Assembly (NCBI GenBank): GCA_013265495.1
Contig: MU058636.1
Span: forward strand, 8,639,425 to 8,703,424
Length of the DNA stretch: 64,000 nt
Reading direction: 5' to 3'
Origin: Vicugna vicugna
Lineage: Eukaryota
Positions 50,236-63,779 of the stretch are shown here, in pieces; within the stretch, counting starts at the first letter, position 1; every line of letters starts with the position of its first letter. The notes beneath the pieces were generated by a model. It worked only from the letters and a program-made list of their open reading frames with translations. It did not search any database and was not told the DNA's origin. The position numbers and the translations under genes were made by a program.

Positions 50236-53200
50236 CAGTCAAAAGCAACATGTCTAATTTCTTTCTTTTTTTTTTTAGTATAGAATTGCATAGTTTATGT
50301 CTCTTTTCCCTGCCTTCTCTCCCTCTCTCCCTTAACTTCCTTCTTCCAACTCATGTTATTAAGCACACTAAATACTAGGCATTGCAGATACCAGAATCAA
50401 GTAACTAATGGTCCCTGCCTTTAAAATGCATCCAGTTAAGCAGGGAAAAGTTTTTACACTTTGAGAGGCAATATGCTTTTTGCAGAGTCAAATACGAACA
50501 GATAATGAGTGATGAAGCTGGTTAATATAGCCTGTGTGTGTGTGTGTGTTTCAAAAATGAAATGGGAGCGAATAAAGGAGCTAATCTTCTCATGAGATTT
50601 ATGACAGACCCTGGAGAGAATCCAAAAGAGACACTGTAAACATATTATGAGAAAAAGCACAGTTTTGGGAATAACTGTAGGAAAATGTTTTGAGCCGGTC
50701 TCCTTCCTAAAGCACAGATTCCCTATACAAACTCTGCATTTACTAGAAATATATATGGTGGTTTGGTTCTCTGACCAACGGAGTCTAATTTATTAACTGC
50801 TTGAAATAAGTAGGAGCCCAGAACTTAGCATGTTGAACAACGCTCCCCATCACATTACATTCAAGGCACTGACATAAGAGGGCAGGAACCTGTTACTTTT
50901 CCTCGCAGCTCTGACCCAGAAGAGGGTTCTTCTCTCCTTCCCATGACTTCCCTGCTGAACAGTTCTCGTCACAGTGCTCCGCGCAACCTTAATAAGCTAG
51001 AGCGTAGTTCACGGCAACGTGGTGACTTGGGCACAAACAGGGGCCGCAGAGGGAAGGGCCCTGTCTCTTGTGTCCTTTGTCAACAGCCTTTCCCTGTAGG
51101 CGTTCCCTCTCCTGCACCAAAATGATCAGCTTTAAAACAAGGCAAGCAGAGGGGGTTAGGGCTAAAGAGTCACGACTGAAGTTGCTCTGTGCTGGTAAAA
51201 GAGAAGAAAATGACGTGAAAGGAGGTGTGGTAGTCCGCACTGAGCACAAGGGGAATCAGCCAATTTTGAGTCAAGACAGAATTCAAGCGCTGCCCATAGT
51301 TGGCAGAACAGAATTCATGTGGATACGTAAGCTCGGGCTTACTAACAACCAGTTTTGTTATCTTAACACCTATTAGTAGCTTCGAGGATAATAAATGATT
51401 CTTCATTTAAAATAAAATATATGGAAGAAAGCTATTTTCAGGTCATACAAAAGGAGAAGTTATTTCACTAAGACAGGGAGTTTTATCTTGTTTTGTCTCA
51501 GGGTTGCTGTGTTAGTTTGAAGTCAGATCTGTTTACCACAGGTTAAAGCGGAATAACAGAAAATTCCAGAATAATTTGATTTGCAGAGAATGTCAACTTA
51601 AGAGGCCAAATAACCATCGACAAAGCTGAGAATCTTGAGGACTGAGTCCGAGGGGTTCTCATACATCTGTCCTGGTCTATGGGGCCCTGACTTGTACCAC
51701 ATTCCAATTTTATAAGGGCAAATATGCCTACCACCACCGATTTCAAGTTACCAAGGGTTTAACCATGACCTCAGAATTCCTCAACGTTTAACTACTGGCT
51801 CCAGCGTGTGACTGGCTGGGAAAGAATCTGGGTGCCATCACACCCAACACAGAGCAGACTCTCATGGAGTAAACAGTCGCTGAATTCTAGTTGAGAGAGT
51901 TTTAAAACAACCATTATGAGAATATTGCTTCTTCCAGTTCCTCCATTGTTTTACTTCAGGGCATGCCAGTTATTATGAAAGCAATTTTACCTTCTCCAGC
52001 CTATAACATGCCCTTTTATAGCCTGTAAGGGATGAAACAATAGAGGTTTAGGAAGATAGAGTCCTACATACTATATCACAAAGTCCATGGACATTTCCAA
52101 ATGCTGTAGATTTCAAAAGGCTGCTTTGATAGTTAAGGCAGTTTCGTCTTATGTCATTAAATGGATAGAAGTCAATCACATAAATGGATTATTTCAAGAT
52201 TCCCCTTAACTACCATTCGTATAACAGAAGGCCAGTGGATGAGAAGGGTGTCTGCCTTTTTGTTACTGAAGAGCACAAGGCACACTTTGGGTGACTTAAA
52301 CATGCTAGGATTTGTTTGATTTTAAATCTGCTGCCACCTATGTTTACCAATTAAAACAGAGTCATCTAAAGATCAAGTTGAACAAGTCAGACAATTGCAA
52401 CAAAAAAGAAGATTAGAACCTTGTTTGACTGATCTCGGAGCCTTTGCTCGTATGATGAGGAGACGGAAAGCAGAGTTACGAGGGACAGGAGCTGGATAGG
52501 GGTCTAAATACAGCCTTTGCCCCTGCCTTCCAGAAAGGAGGCTCTGTTTACTGCTCAGTTCCGCTGGGCTTTCTAGGCTTCTGAATGGGTCAAGGCCCAG
52601 AATTAAACAAGCCAAAAAAGAGGCTGAACTATTCTTTATGAAGAAAGATCACTGCATAACTGCTAGAAAAATGCCCAGTCCTGGAAATTGAGAAGAGTGG
52701 TGGCAGGGGCCAGCTGCTCTTACAGGAAACTCAGAGAAAGAAGATGGAGAAAGGTACTGAAAAGATGCGTAAGGACTTTTCAGAGATTTTGCTGAATGCT
52801 GGCAAGTGTTACTCTCCTCACCCCACCCCCTCTGCTGTGATTCAGAGACTTTAGGAAATGCCTTCTCTAATATTTTTCAAAGCTTTGGCATGAAATGGAT
52901 GTTTACATTAAATTCATTGCCTTAACTGAGATTTGCCTAAATGTAATCCTACTTTATTCTGGTTGTTACTAATAAAAAAAAAAAAAAAGGAAATAAAGAG
53001 AGAGAGAAAGAAAGAAAAGAAACGAAAAAAAAAAAAATAAAAAAGGAAGATTGCAAATGATTAGTTCCTGGAAGAAACAGAGAGAACTTTCATTTCCTGG
53101 GGAAGTGAGATATTAAGCGTTTGATGCCAGCTATTTCTATGATTTCATACTTTTTTTAAAAAACCATAAACATTGTCATAGATGTTTCTTCATCATTTCA

Positions 53201-56200
53201 TCCTAAATACAAAGGAAGGATTTTCATGAGACTTCAAAAACATAGTACTTTGGCAATTGTACCAGAGTTGTATATTTGACATATCATTTAAAAGCAAAAT
53301 ATTCACAGCTTCCTTTTCTTATCTGAACATCAATAATATTTTTCACTTTTGGCAAGAAAAAAAAAGTTGCTCACCATTTGTTATTTTACCAGTGGCATAT
53401 TTCATTTAACTTTTTTCTGCTGGTTAGTTTCTGAGCACATTAGATTATTTATTGACTGGAAATTCTGGCAGTCACAACAAAAAGGAATCCAGGCAAGCTT
53501 CCTCAGCTATTAAAATATACAGCCTTGCATGTGTCAGATGCCAAGTCTGATTGGCATTGCCCCTTGTGATACCAGTTCTTCTTTTAGATTTAGATGGTCA
53601 CGTGCGTTGATTTTTCAGGAAACTGATCAGAAACTATTTTGTTTCCAAAACATCATGTTTCAGTTCGCAGACATTGAAAAATGTAAACAGAGCATCGAGG
53701 CCAAAGACCTCATGGTACATCAAACAGCAAACAGAGATGAACATAATCCGCACGTGGGTTCCTGCCTTTGGAGCACAGATGTTTCTCTGGAGTCACTCAA
53801 GGGCTGCAGCTACGGCCCTTCCACATCAAAAGCAATGAACTCTCTCCTTTCAGATTTCCTTCCACCATTAATATCAGCATTTTGGGGCGTATCTCAATTT
53901 TCATGCATCAGAGTCACTAAATACAAGGCAGTGACCTCAGGGAAACCTGCCTTCCCCTGGACCCCTGGAAGTGCTGTGCTTGCATCCCGCAGTAGGAGGT
54001 TATATCATTAATCAAGGGCATTATCCTTCCATCAGTGAAGGTAGCTGGTCATTTCCCTCTCCTTGCCCCTCAAACTAAACTCCTTCCTCTAGTCTTCACG
54101 CAGGATTCACCTCCCTGCCAGCTTTGAGTGGGGAATGTGCTGGTGGGTTTGATTACAAAAGTGTTAGCATATCAGAAAGAAATCATGAGACATTTGGAAA
54201 CCTAATAATAAAACTGAAAATGTAAAACTTTGAGCCGTGAAGCAACCCAAATTTGGGGGTTATTTTTAGAATTTTCTCTTAAACGTTCAGAATTTTCTTC
54301 CCTTGGAAAACCTAGACTGTGTCAAGGAAAGACAAAAACTTTGGGCATGGAGATATATTGATTTCTCATGGTTGTAGTAGGTTTAATGTTTGTAATCTAC
54401 AAGACAAATATTTTTCTAAATATCTTCTTTTCTAATGGGCCCTTTAATTGTTCTTAATTTGGAAAGAATATGCATAACTTTGGATTGTTTAAGGTTGTCT
54501 CTTTTCATGGCACTCTTTTTTTTCAGAGGTGAGATCAGGCTTCTGGTTCTGGTCTTCTGGCCTTATTTTTCTTTCAACATTTATTAAAACAATGTAAATT
54601 GAGTGTTTACTATATGCCAACCCTGTGCTGGACATTTTTATCACATTGTGATCCATGCTTTCCTTGTGTAGTGATACTAAATAGCAATCTGGAATGTCTC
54701 TGGAACTTCTTTACAAGTCACATCCCACGGAACATGAAAAACAGGAGTTCTAGGAACTAGAGGAAGACTTCACTCGGGGGTGCCAAAGCCACGTCCAAGC
54801 TAGAATTCTAGCTTCCTGAATGATACCACCAGACTATCCCACGAAGTGAACTCTGGGATCCAGCCAAACCATTGTTATCAGAACCACTTTGAGTTCTTGA
54901 TAACTTATTCTGCTAAATTGATGTTAATATGAGGGAACACTGGGGAGACCCACCTACAGCAGAATTTTCCAGGACATTGCTTCTAGTGCTAGACAGTGAC
55001 ATAGTGTAGCAATTACTAGCTCAGTACTCTTAGAAAGTCATTGCTTAAAGGCTTCATTTTTTTTTTAATGTGGAATCAACTAGATGGTTACTAAGATTCC
55101 AACTAACTCTAAACTCTGAGCTTCTATTGGCTCGATGACAGGTGCAACGTTTGTTCACTCATTTTGTTATTGACCAACTGACTCACGAGATTTTAGGAAA
55201 CTGATGGGAAGAAGTTTGTGGACAGGGAAACTATTCCACCAGTCAAATAATCAAAGATATATGGAGTGCATGCTGTGTGTGACAGTCTAGGTATGATCTG
55301 TCCCTAGGGAAAGAGGAAGAAAAGAAGAGTCAGGTGAGCAAAAATTTATTCTGAGACACTCCCCGCCCTGGATATTCTTGGACCTCTGTAACACAGAAAA
55401 GCTGTAGCCGAGGTGACTTGGTCCAGGTGTCTTAGGCATCATCAAAGAGATACTTGACTTCAAGTATCGAGAAGAAGGACTACACAGAAAACAGGATACT
55501 GATATATATATATAAACACACCTAGTGTTAGTTATACTGATTTATCAAAATTTGCTTGACGGCCACATATTTTGCATATTACAAAATAAATCAGATTAAC
55601 CATGTTTTCAGTCATACTTGCAGTATTTGTTCACACACGAGACAGGTGGTGAAGGCCTCTGTGTTAGATACTGTTCTAGGCAAAATCTAAAGCTATTCCA
55701 GTGAACCAGTCACGCAGATCTTTGACCTCATGAAGCTTAGTTGTTAACACCTTAACCTTAAAAGTAATTAGGAATTATGTAATTCAATGCATTTTTTCCT
55801 GAGTCTTTCATAATCTTTATAATCTATATTAAGGCATTCAAAATGGGTAAGTGCCAAAGACAAAAGTTTATGAAAAAAAACACATTTAAACCTTAACTCA
55901 ATATCTAAGTTCTTATTCTAGAGTTTTCCAAAGACTCTCAGAATAAAAGTTATATTCATAACAATGTGCATTTGAAAGATTTCTGAGAAGTATAATAATT
56001 TTTCAATTTTAAGACTTTGGTGTTTAGAAGAAGTCCTAGTTATCAAAAAGACTTTTAAGAATTAATAGGACAAGTAAAAATCGGTTTTCATAGACCTATA
56101 TCATGTCATAAGGTACAAGGTACTTATAAAAGTTATACAATGCAATAGACATTCAGGAACAATAGACTGCCTTCTCAATTCCAACTGGCAGCGTTACAAT

Positions 56201-57239
56201 TGAAGTGGAGAGTAAACCTACTCTGATTATGGCTTAGAAAGTTCTGACATCGAGACTTACAACATGAGTCTAAGAGATTTTCTGACCTTATTTTATTCTT
56301 TAAGTCAGTTCAGTTCCGTTCTGAAACTCCTTACTGACCGTGGGACTTCCTGAGTTCTGAGCAGGACGGCTGAATCTGGCTTCAGGGAGACCACCAACCA
56401 TTCGCACAGAAATATGGAAACTTTCCATATGGGAATTAAATTTTTATAGCATGGTTAAACTTGTTCACTTATTTTAAAAAATTCAAGCACATTCTATTGC
56501 TTCTACTCAAACCAAACGGTAGAGGTTTCTAGTTCACTTTCAGATTATGGATCATTTTAAGATGGTCTCAAATCATATGGCTACTTTTATTGCATTTCAG
56601 TTGTAACATTAAGTGCTTAGTGTTTAAGAGGGAATCAATGATTGTTAAAGTCACACTTTAGAGAACATTGGAGGTTTTTCTTGACAATATGACTTCAAAG
56701 TCTCTATGCATTTAGCAATAGAAATCATTCAGTCAGTTTCTCAGGGTGACTTACATAGAAATAGAATGAATGGAAATCCAATAATGCCGAACGATTCCAT
56801 AGACCAGAAGCACAAAAATGAAAATGGAAAAACCTTTATGTAATCGCTTATCTTTAATTTTATTCCTTCCCTCTCTCTCCCAGAGTTTATGGTCCTTTAC
56901 TAATCTGAAATAATTTCCCCTGAGGCCCTTGAATGCAATGAGTTTTAACTTAGTAACCGATAATTATAAACTACTCAGCCTCACTTTTTATTTTTTTATT
57001 GAATTATTGCTGCTTTCAGGCCATTTGATACATTTTTCATTCCTATCCGTAAGTTGTTTCATTTCTGACAGAGGGAACCAGTGGCGTGGAGTGGTTTATA
57101 AAGGCTTATTGACCTTGAAACTGCCTGTCATGTGTTAACCCAATCTTTCCACGTTTCTGAAAGTGGATACACGTACTTCTGTATGGTAACATGAGATAAA
57201 CCACGACTCTTGGTTGCATACACTTCCCAAGTTAATGAT

Positions 57240-57490
57240 AATAGCTTAATTTTCTTGAGCTCTTACCTCATGTCAAATCTAGGCTAAACACCTTTCATAT
57301 GCTGCTTCTTAACCTTACAAATGAAATGAGACCATATTCTTATGGTACCCATTTTAAACATGTGGTAATCGAGGCTCAGAATGCTTATGTAATTCACTCA
57401 AGGACACATGCCTGTTAATAATAGCAACTGGACTTGAGCCAGGGGTGCCTGATTCCAAAGCAGATGTGCCACCTCTATGATGTACTGCCT
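57240..57490 (-). mobile_element. MIR SINE
   Basis: 'cccattttaaacatgtggtaatcgaggctcaga...cctgattccaaagc'. Confidence 0.75.
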
Positions 57491-57791
57491 TGTACACACT
57501 TACAACTACTTAGCTGTAAAAGAACTCATGTCGTAAGGAGTTAATTCCACTCCAAAGCTGCTATTGTCTGGCTGGTCCAACCATTACTAACAACTAAACC
57601 ATTACTAATTAACTCAACTCCCTACCAGCATCCCCTCCAAAAAAAAAAAAAAAAAAACAAAAAACAGAAAACAACAACAAAAAACAATAAAAACCTCAAT
57701 CTTTTTTTTTTTTTGCCTATAATTTAACCCATTTTATAGAGGAACTTCATTGTTAACAAAATTGTGGACTCGTGTATTTAAATATGGGAGG

Positions 57792-58022
57792 TTATTTATT
57801 TATTTGAAGTATAGCCAGTTTACAGTGTTGTGTCAATTTCTGGTTTCAGCATAATGTTTCAGTCATTCAAATAGATACATGTATTCCTTTTCATATTTTT
57901 TCATTATAGGTTACTATAAGTTATTGAATATAGTTCCCTGTGCTATAGAGTAGAAACTTGTTGTTCATCTATTTTATATAGAGTAGTTAGTATCTGTAAA
58001 TCTCAGTATCTGTAAATTTCGA
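57792..58022 (-). mobile_element. Lineage L1 3' end
   Basis: 'ttgaagtatagccagtttacagtgttgtgtcaatttctgg...tagttccctgtgctatagagtagaaacttg'. Confidence 0.9.
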
Positions 58023-58269
58023 TTAAATCAGTTTTAACTCATGGATACTTTACAATTGGTCATGGCTTTTAATTATGTCTATATGCAGATAATCTCATAC
58101 TCAGACAGTGGGTGCCCTCCAAGCTGACTACCTTTCTTTTTCCACGTCTCCATAATTCTTAGATCACTTGCTCACTTCCTGGAACACTAAGATTTCCAAG
58201 TTTACCTTAAATTGATTTTCTCAGCTCCAACAGTGGAGTCCACATTTTCTCCAAGGAACCCTAGCTCCA

Positions 58270-58445
58270 TCCAGTTTCTGTCACAATTATTCAATTCTGA
58301 CACTCCAGTGTGAAAGTAGTTGTAAATAATACATAAATGAATGACTGTAGCTGTGTTCCAATAAAACTTTATTTATAAAAAAAAAAAACACAGGTAGCGG
58401 ACCTGAGTTGGCCTGCAGGATGTATAGTTTGTTGGTTCCTAACCT
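58270..58445. mobile_element. MER58-like DNA transposon
   Basis: 'gctgtgttccaataaaactttatttataaaa...caggtagcggacctgagttggcctgcagg'. Confidence 0.8.
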
Positions 58446-58624
58446 AAAGCATCCTGAAAATGTTCTTTCTTAAGGCCTTTGTCTGTTTCTTTGCACGCAT
58501 AATTCCTCAAATGAAAGATTCATTAGTATAGATTCTCTTTATATTTTGGACCTTCAGAATCACTATAATTTCATTCAAGTTTTCTTTTTGCCAGCTACCA
58601 AATCAGAAGCTGTATCTCCTGATT

Positions 58625-59065
58625 TAGTCAGGCTATATTAAGCTTGTATAACAGAGTCCTCACAAAACAGTGGCTCAGAGGTTATCAAAGTTCATTGTCC
58701 TTTCCTGTAAAAGTTGAAGTTGAGTGCTGGAGGAAGGTGGGCGTCCTAGTCACTCAGGAACCCATGCCAGTGCTGGGTTTGTTATGATGAGTTTTGGCTT
58801 TCAAGGATGCTGTGGCCATTATCATTCCATCTAGGGGAGAAGGCGGAGGAGCGTATAGGGTCGGCACACTCAGACTCTTACCTTGCCCCAGAAATGGTAC
58901 CCATTCCTTAATTCTCACATACCATTGGAGATAGTTCAGTCATGTGACCGGAATCGACTGCAGGAGATCCTGGGGGAATACAGGATATCCATGTTCCCAA
59001 CCATAAGTTTCTTACTATGAAAAAATAGAGGATAGATTTTAGTGGACAACAGCTATCTCTGCCAG
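58625..59065 (-). mobile_element. Old MLT1 (J/K-like) MaLR LTR
   Basis: 'tctcacataccattggagatagttcagtcatgtgacc...ggatagattttagtggacaacagctatctctgcca'. Confidence 0.65.
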
Positions 59066-60844
59066 CTCCAGTGTTGGACCAATCCCTATACCATTTTGTT
59101 GGATAATAAAGTCCACCGCATTTTTAGAGGGTTAAATTGCCAACTGGATCTCCCAAATTGACAGGAACAATTAGCACTTGATGAAGGAAAGGCAATCAGA
59201 AAGTATACAAAGGCCAAGAAGTTGAGTCAAATCAGCCTTGACCCTGGTAAATCCTTATACTAGGAAGGCCTCCCAAAATGTGTTGTGTTGGCTTACAGCT
59301 CTGGCTGAAAAACACAGCAGAAGGACAACTCTGTTTCACTTGCCACAGGTGGATAGCCAGCATTCAGAATCTGTTCTAAAGTAGATATTAATGTGCGATA
59401 AAGAAAACAAACATGTCGTCTGAAACTAAATGTGCAAGTCCACCTTACACTGGCCCCATCAAAAGCTTCTGGAATAGAAATTTGACCCTTAAATGTATAA
59501 TCTCTATTTCTCAATTAACCACATATCAGGGGCACTACTGATCATTAGGGCCAATGGGCAGCAAAAACAGCTGGATGTGGAACAGAGGAGAGTGTAGGCA
59601 GACTGGAAGCTACCAAAACTCTGCATCTGTCTGCATTGAAGCATGGCAGCCTTCAGAGAATATTGACTGTTGTCTCATTTATCACCTCTGTGTCTCTCCT
59701 GGTCAACTCCAATCTAGAAACTTACAGGGAAGCATGTTCTAGTAAATAAAGACCCAGACTAACCAATCTGACAGAGTCCAAACCCCTATATAATGTGAAC
59801 ATGCACAGGAGACTTTTTTTAAAGTAGATATTTGAAAATTTTTTTTCTCTGCACTTTAACTGCCTCCTCCTTAACTAAAACTTTTATAGGCCTATTTTCC
59901 AAGATTTTAGAAGACATGGATTACAGTTATCATTTTTTCACTAACAGGATCAGCATCCTTAGAAAGATGCTTAATTTATCTGCAAGGTAATAACCTTATT
60001 TGAAAAATGAAGGGTTTGGAATGGATCATTGCTAAGATCCCATCTTGCTTCTTGCTTCTAATAGTACAAGGGAAGTGTACTTCTTCTTTTCAATGAAATT
60101 TTCTCAGAGCTTAATTCTTAAAAATAGAAACCTAGATTATTTTTCCTAAATGTTATCCCATTTGGAAAGTCTTTCCCGTCACAAACACAATATAATTCTA
60201 CTTTTGAAGCAAGAAATCATGTTCAAATGCAGCTTTGATCTGCCTTCACATTAGATCTGCATAATAGAGTAATTGAAAAAAAAGACAGAAATATAGTACA
60301 TTACTGAGCTTCAATTAAATTTCCGAGCTGGAATGTGTACACAGGGAAATAGTCAACCACAGTTTAATGCATTTAAAATTGCAGACATCATTAATGCTGT
60401 ACATTAACAAAGTACAAATGAACTGTCTCATGTCATTTGCTTTTAAAAACCACTTCAGATGCATTTATATTCAAAATCCAAAAACAGTCATTATTTTAAA
60501 TAAGAAATTGTGTCTGGTTTGTGGCTTATAGTATAAATCTATATGAAGATATCCTGTTCATTTCATTTTCATGTTACAAAGTATGACATAATATGTATAA
60601 AGATGCTCAGTATAGCTTTTATCATTTTACCACAACAAAAATAAAAGAACTTATGTGTTGATGGATTTGATTAACTTTTCCAGATTGAATGTCAGGATAT
60701 TAAATTAGATCTTCTGGAATTATTTCTTATTTTAATCAAAAATTCAAAAATAAGCCAGTGCTGAAAATAGTTTACATTGGGTTATATTCTTTTAACCAGT
60801 TTTTTCTTGTCAATTTTTCTCTGTTTTAATTAGTCAAATAATGA

Positions 60845-61035
60845 CATGGTTCCCAACCTGGGGTCTTTGTATCCACATTTTTTTTTTCGCTAGAATGTCT
60901 ACAGCATATATTAAAACTTCATTTTCCCTTGGGCCTCTCTCTGTCACTCCCCGTGGTATCCTGCTTGGATAGAACCTGGAACTCTGAACTGGGAACAAGT
61001 CCCCCAGATGACTCTGACGCACAGCGGAAACTGGA
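60845..61035. mobile_element. MER5A-like DNA transposon(s)
   Basis: 'catggttcccaacctgggg...aacaagtccccagatgactctgacgcac'. Confidence 0.55.
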
Positions 61036-61556
61036 AACCCCGGCTCGAACACTTTCAAACACAGCTGTATTTGATGAACAATGATACGAGAGACTTTAAA
61101 ATACATAACGTGTGAAGTCCCGGTCCCTGTGTCCCTCTCAGTCTCTCAGCTGATACTTGACTGGTCTGGGCTCTCACCAGTTCCTCCCTCGGCTGTAATG
61201 GGAACACCCCGCATCAGCTATCCTGCGCCCTTCCCCTCATCGCGCATTTCTCCTTTTGGCTCCATCTTTACTCCCACCAGTGTAAGCTTTTCTCACGTAT
61301 CAGTCTTATCACATGATACTTTTCAAAGTCAAACCACAAATCTACCTCCCTAGGCTTATGTTTTAACCCTAATCTTTAAACAGGCTATACTGTCTCTATT
61401 CCTGCAAAAATTCTGTGTTATCTAAGTACGTGTTCTGGCCACTTTAAGATTGAGGTCACTAAACGTTAGTGTTACCTTTGACTTGAATGTCCATTTTTCC
61501 CTTCACTTCCTAATTTCCTAATTATACTTCTTTCTAAGTAATCTTGTTTTAGAAAA

Positions 61557-61699
61557 AAAAATTGTTTTGTGGGGCAGAGGGGAGGTAATTAGGTTTATTG
61601 ATGTTTTTATTTTAATGGAGGTCCTGGGGATTTAATGGAGGTCCCAGGACCTCATACATTCTGGGCATGAGTTCTACCATTGAGCTATACCCTTCCCCC
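61557..61699 (-). mobile_element. Vic-1-like camelid tRNA-derived SINE
   Basis: 'ggggaggtaattaggtttatt...ttaatggagg...ctaccattgagctatacccttcccc' matches the recalled camelid SINE; TTAGAAAA TSD at 61549-61556 and 61700-61707. Confidence 0.85.
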
Positions 61700-62060
61700 T
61701 TAGAAAAGTTTCAGATTTACCCAAAATTGTCAGGATGGTACAGAGAGTTTTGTTTCCCCTATGGCTAAAATCTTACATTAGTATCGCAGATTTCTCACAA
61801 ATTACAAACTAACACAGATACATTATCATTGACTGAAGTCTCAACTTTACTTGTATTTTCTTAGTTTTTATCTAACATCCTTTTTTTGTTCCAGAATCTC
61901 GTCAAGGACACCATGTCTTCTGCTTGTTATCATGTCTTTTAAGGCTCTTCTGTGGCTCTTTGTTCTTTATGACCTTGACAGTTCTGAAGTGTATTGGTCA
62001 GATAATTGGCAACATGTCCTTCCATAAAGAGCTTTATAGTGTTTTTCTCAAACCAAGATG
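61700..62060 (-). mobile_element. L1MC-like 3' fragment (host of the SINE)
   Basis: 'tcttacattagtat...tgttccagaatctcgtcaaggacacca...tatgaccttgacagttctgaagtgtattggtcag'. Confidence 0.75.
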
Positions 62061-62145
62061 TGTGCACTAGGTATGCGTTTTGTTAGTGGAGTGCAGTTGG
62101 TTCCTGGTCATCTCAGCCGTCGAAACAAAGAAACATCTATGTATA

Positions 62146-62520
62146 CCGTATTAATTTCCTTTAGTTCCTATAACAAATTACCCTAAACTCAGCAGCTTTA
62201 AACAACGTAAATTTATTTTCTTGTGTTCTAGAGGTCACATTTCCAAAATGGGTCTGAATGGGCTAAAATCAAGGCATTGTCAGGGCTGTTTTCCTTTCTA
62301 GAGGTGATGAGGGTAAATCATTTTCTTGCCTTTTCCAGATTCCAGAGGCTGGAATCACTTCTTGGCTCATGATCTCCTTATAGCATCAAAGCCAGCAATA
62401 TCTGATCAGTCTTGCTTACATCACATCACTGGGGCACTGATCCTCTTTGCACTGATATGGGACCCTCGTGATTCCTTGGGGCCTGGTGAATCCAGGCTAA
62501 TCTCCCATGATAAACTATTT
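62146..62520 (-). mobile_element. MLT1C/D-like MaLR LTR
   Basis: 'taacaaattaccctaaactcagcagctttaaacaac...gggctaaaatcaaggcattgtcagggctg'. Confidence 0.85.
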
Positions 62521-62694
62521 TAAGTGAAAAAAGAAAGCATTAGAATCTTTGTCAAAATTTATTTCAAATAAACTAAAGGAATTTATCAGAACATTGACAA
62601 AATAAGCTTTTTGTTAATTTGATTTTGCTAAAATAATTTTAATAAGATGGTTAAAGTGTTGCTTTAGCCATTTAAAGAAATGAACAGCATCTAT

Positions 62695-62832
62695 AAAAAC
62701 AGATTTAATACCTTACAAACTACTGGGTGTAAGACAGGCTCAAGGATGCATTGTACAACACGGGGAATATGGCCAATATTTTGTAATACCTATAGTTGGA
62801 CAGTAACCTTTAAATATTATATTCAAAAAAAT
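62695..62832 (+). mobile_element. Artiodactyl-type L1 3' end
   Basis: 'acaaactactgggtgtaagacaggctcaaggatgcattgtacaacacggggaatatggccaatattttgtaat'. Confidence 0.8.
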
Positions 62833-63334
62833 CACCACGTTGAACACTTTAATATCTCACTACTTTATTTATCAAATAAATCTCAATAAAGCTGAAAATT
62901 TTTTAAAAGATTTAATAAGAATTGGTTGCATAAAATTATGTCTGATATAACTATTATATTTGGATAAATCAATTAAACAAGGTGGGTGCAGGATTGGGCT
63001 GAAAATAAGAATACAGTAGAGTATGGCAGGAGGAAAAGACATACAATTCATACATCTCTGATGAGAATAAGATCCTCTGAATACAGTTCTTTGAAACATA
63101 TATCCTGAAAGCTATTAAAGCCACATGAGTTTAGTTATGAAAAACAGCACCAGGGGAACAGCAATCTCTCTGTTTCATCACTGACTACGAATTTCTTGAG
63201 TTTTCTCTAAAGACAATAAGATCTATTTAGATTTCTCACCACGTGCTTTTTGATTGTTTTATAGTGACATGATCCTAAGCTTCTGTGTTTTATGGAGTAC
63301 GAGGTAACGTAACATAATCCCTACTTGTTTAAAT

Positions 63335-63555
63335 TTTGGAGGTGGGATTCATACTTAGACTTCATCACTTACCAACTACATGAACTTGACAAAATTATTT
63401 AACCTTCCGAACAATCATTGTTTTGTTGGCTTTTTTTGCTTTTGTTTTTGTTTTTGTTTTTCTGGGGGGGGATGTTAAAAATTAAATAACATTATACAAG
63501 CAGAGAATTTAGCACATTATAAGTACTCAAAAGATGTTAGCCATTATTATGATTG
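63335..63555 (+). mobile_element. MIR SINE with internal (GTTTT)n expansion
   Basis: 'tcacttaccaactacatgaacttgacaaaattatttaacc' and 'ttagcacattataagtactcaaaagatgttagccattatt'. Confidence 0.6.
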
Positions 63556-63779
63556 ACATTATTAGTGGAGTTATGTTCAAAGTGGCATAAAATTGTAAAG
63601 AAAGGTATCTGGAGAAAGGACTACTGTGGGGTATAAAATATGATTGGGGGGATAAAAGCTATGGTACTCCAATGAAACAACTATTGAAGCTAAACTGTTC
63701 ATGTTTTCTTCATCCTAATGGTTTCTTTCTTACTCAATAATCAACAAAATCAAAGGGACGTATGGATTGTAAGTTAAAA

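Noticed and set aside
57638..57715. A-tract followed by T-tract as a hairpin or terminator
   Set aside because: Low-complexity homopolymers with no specific structure
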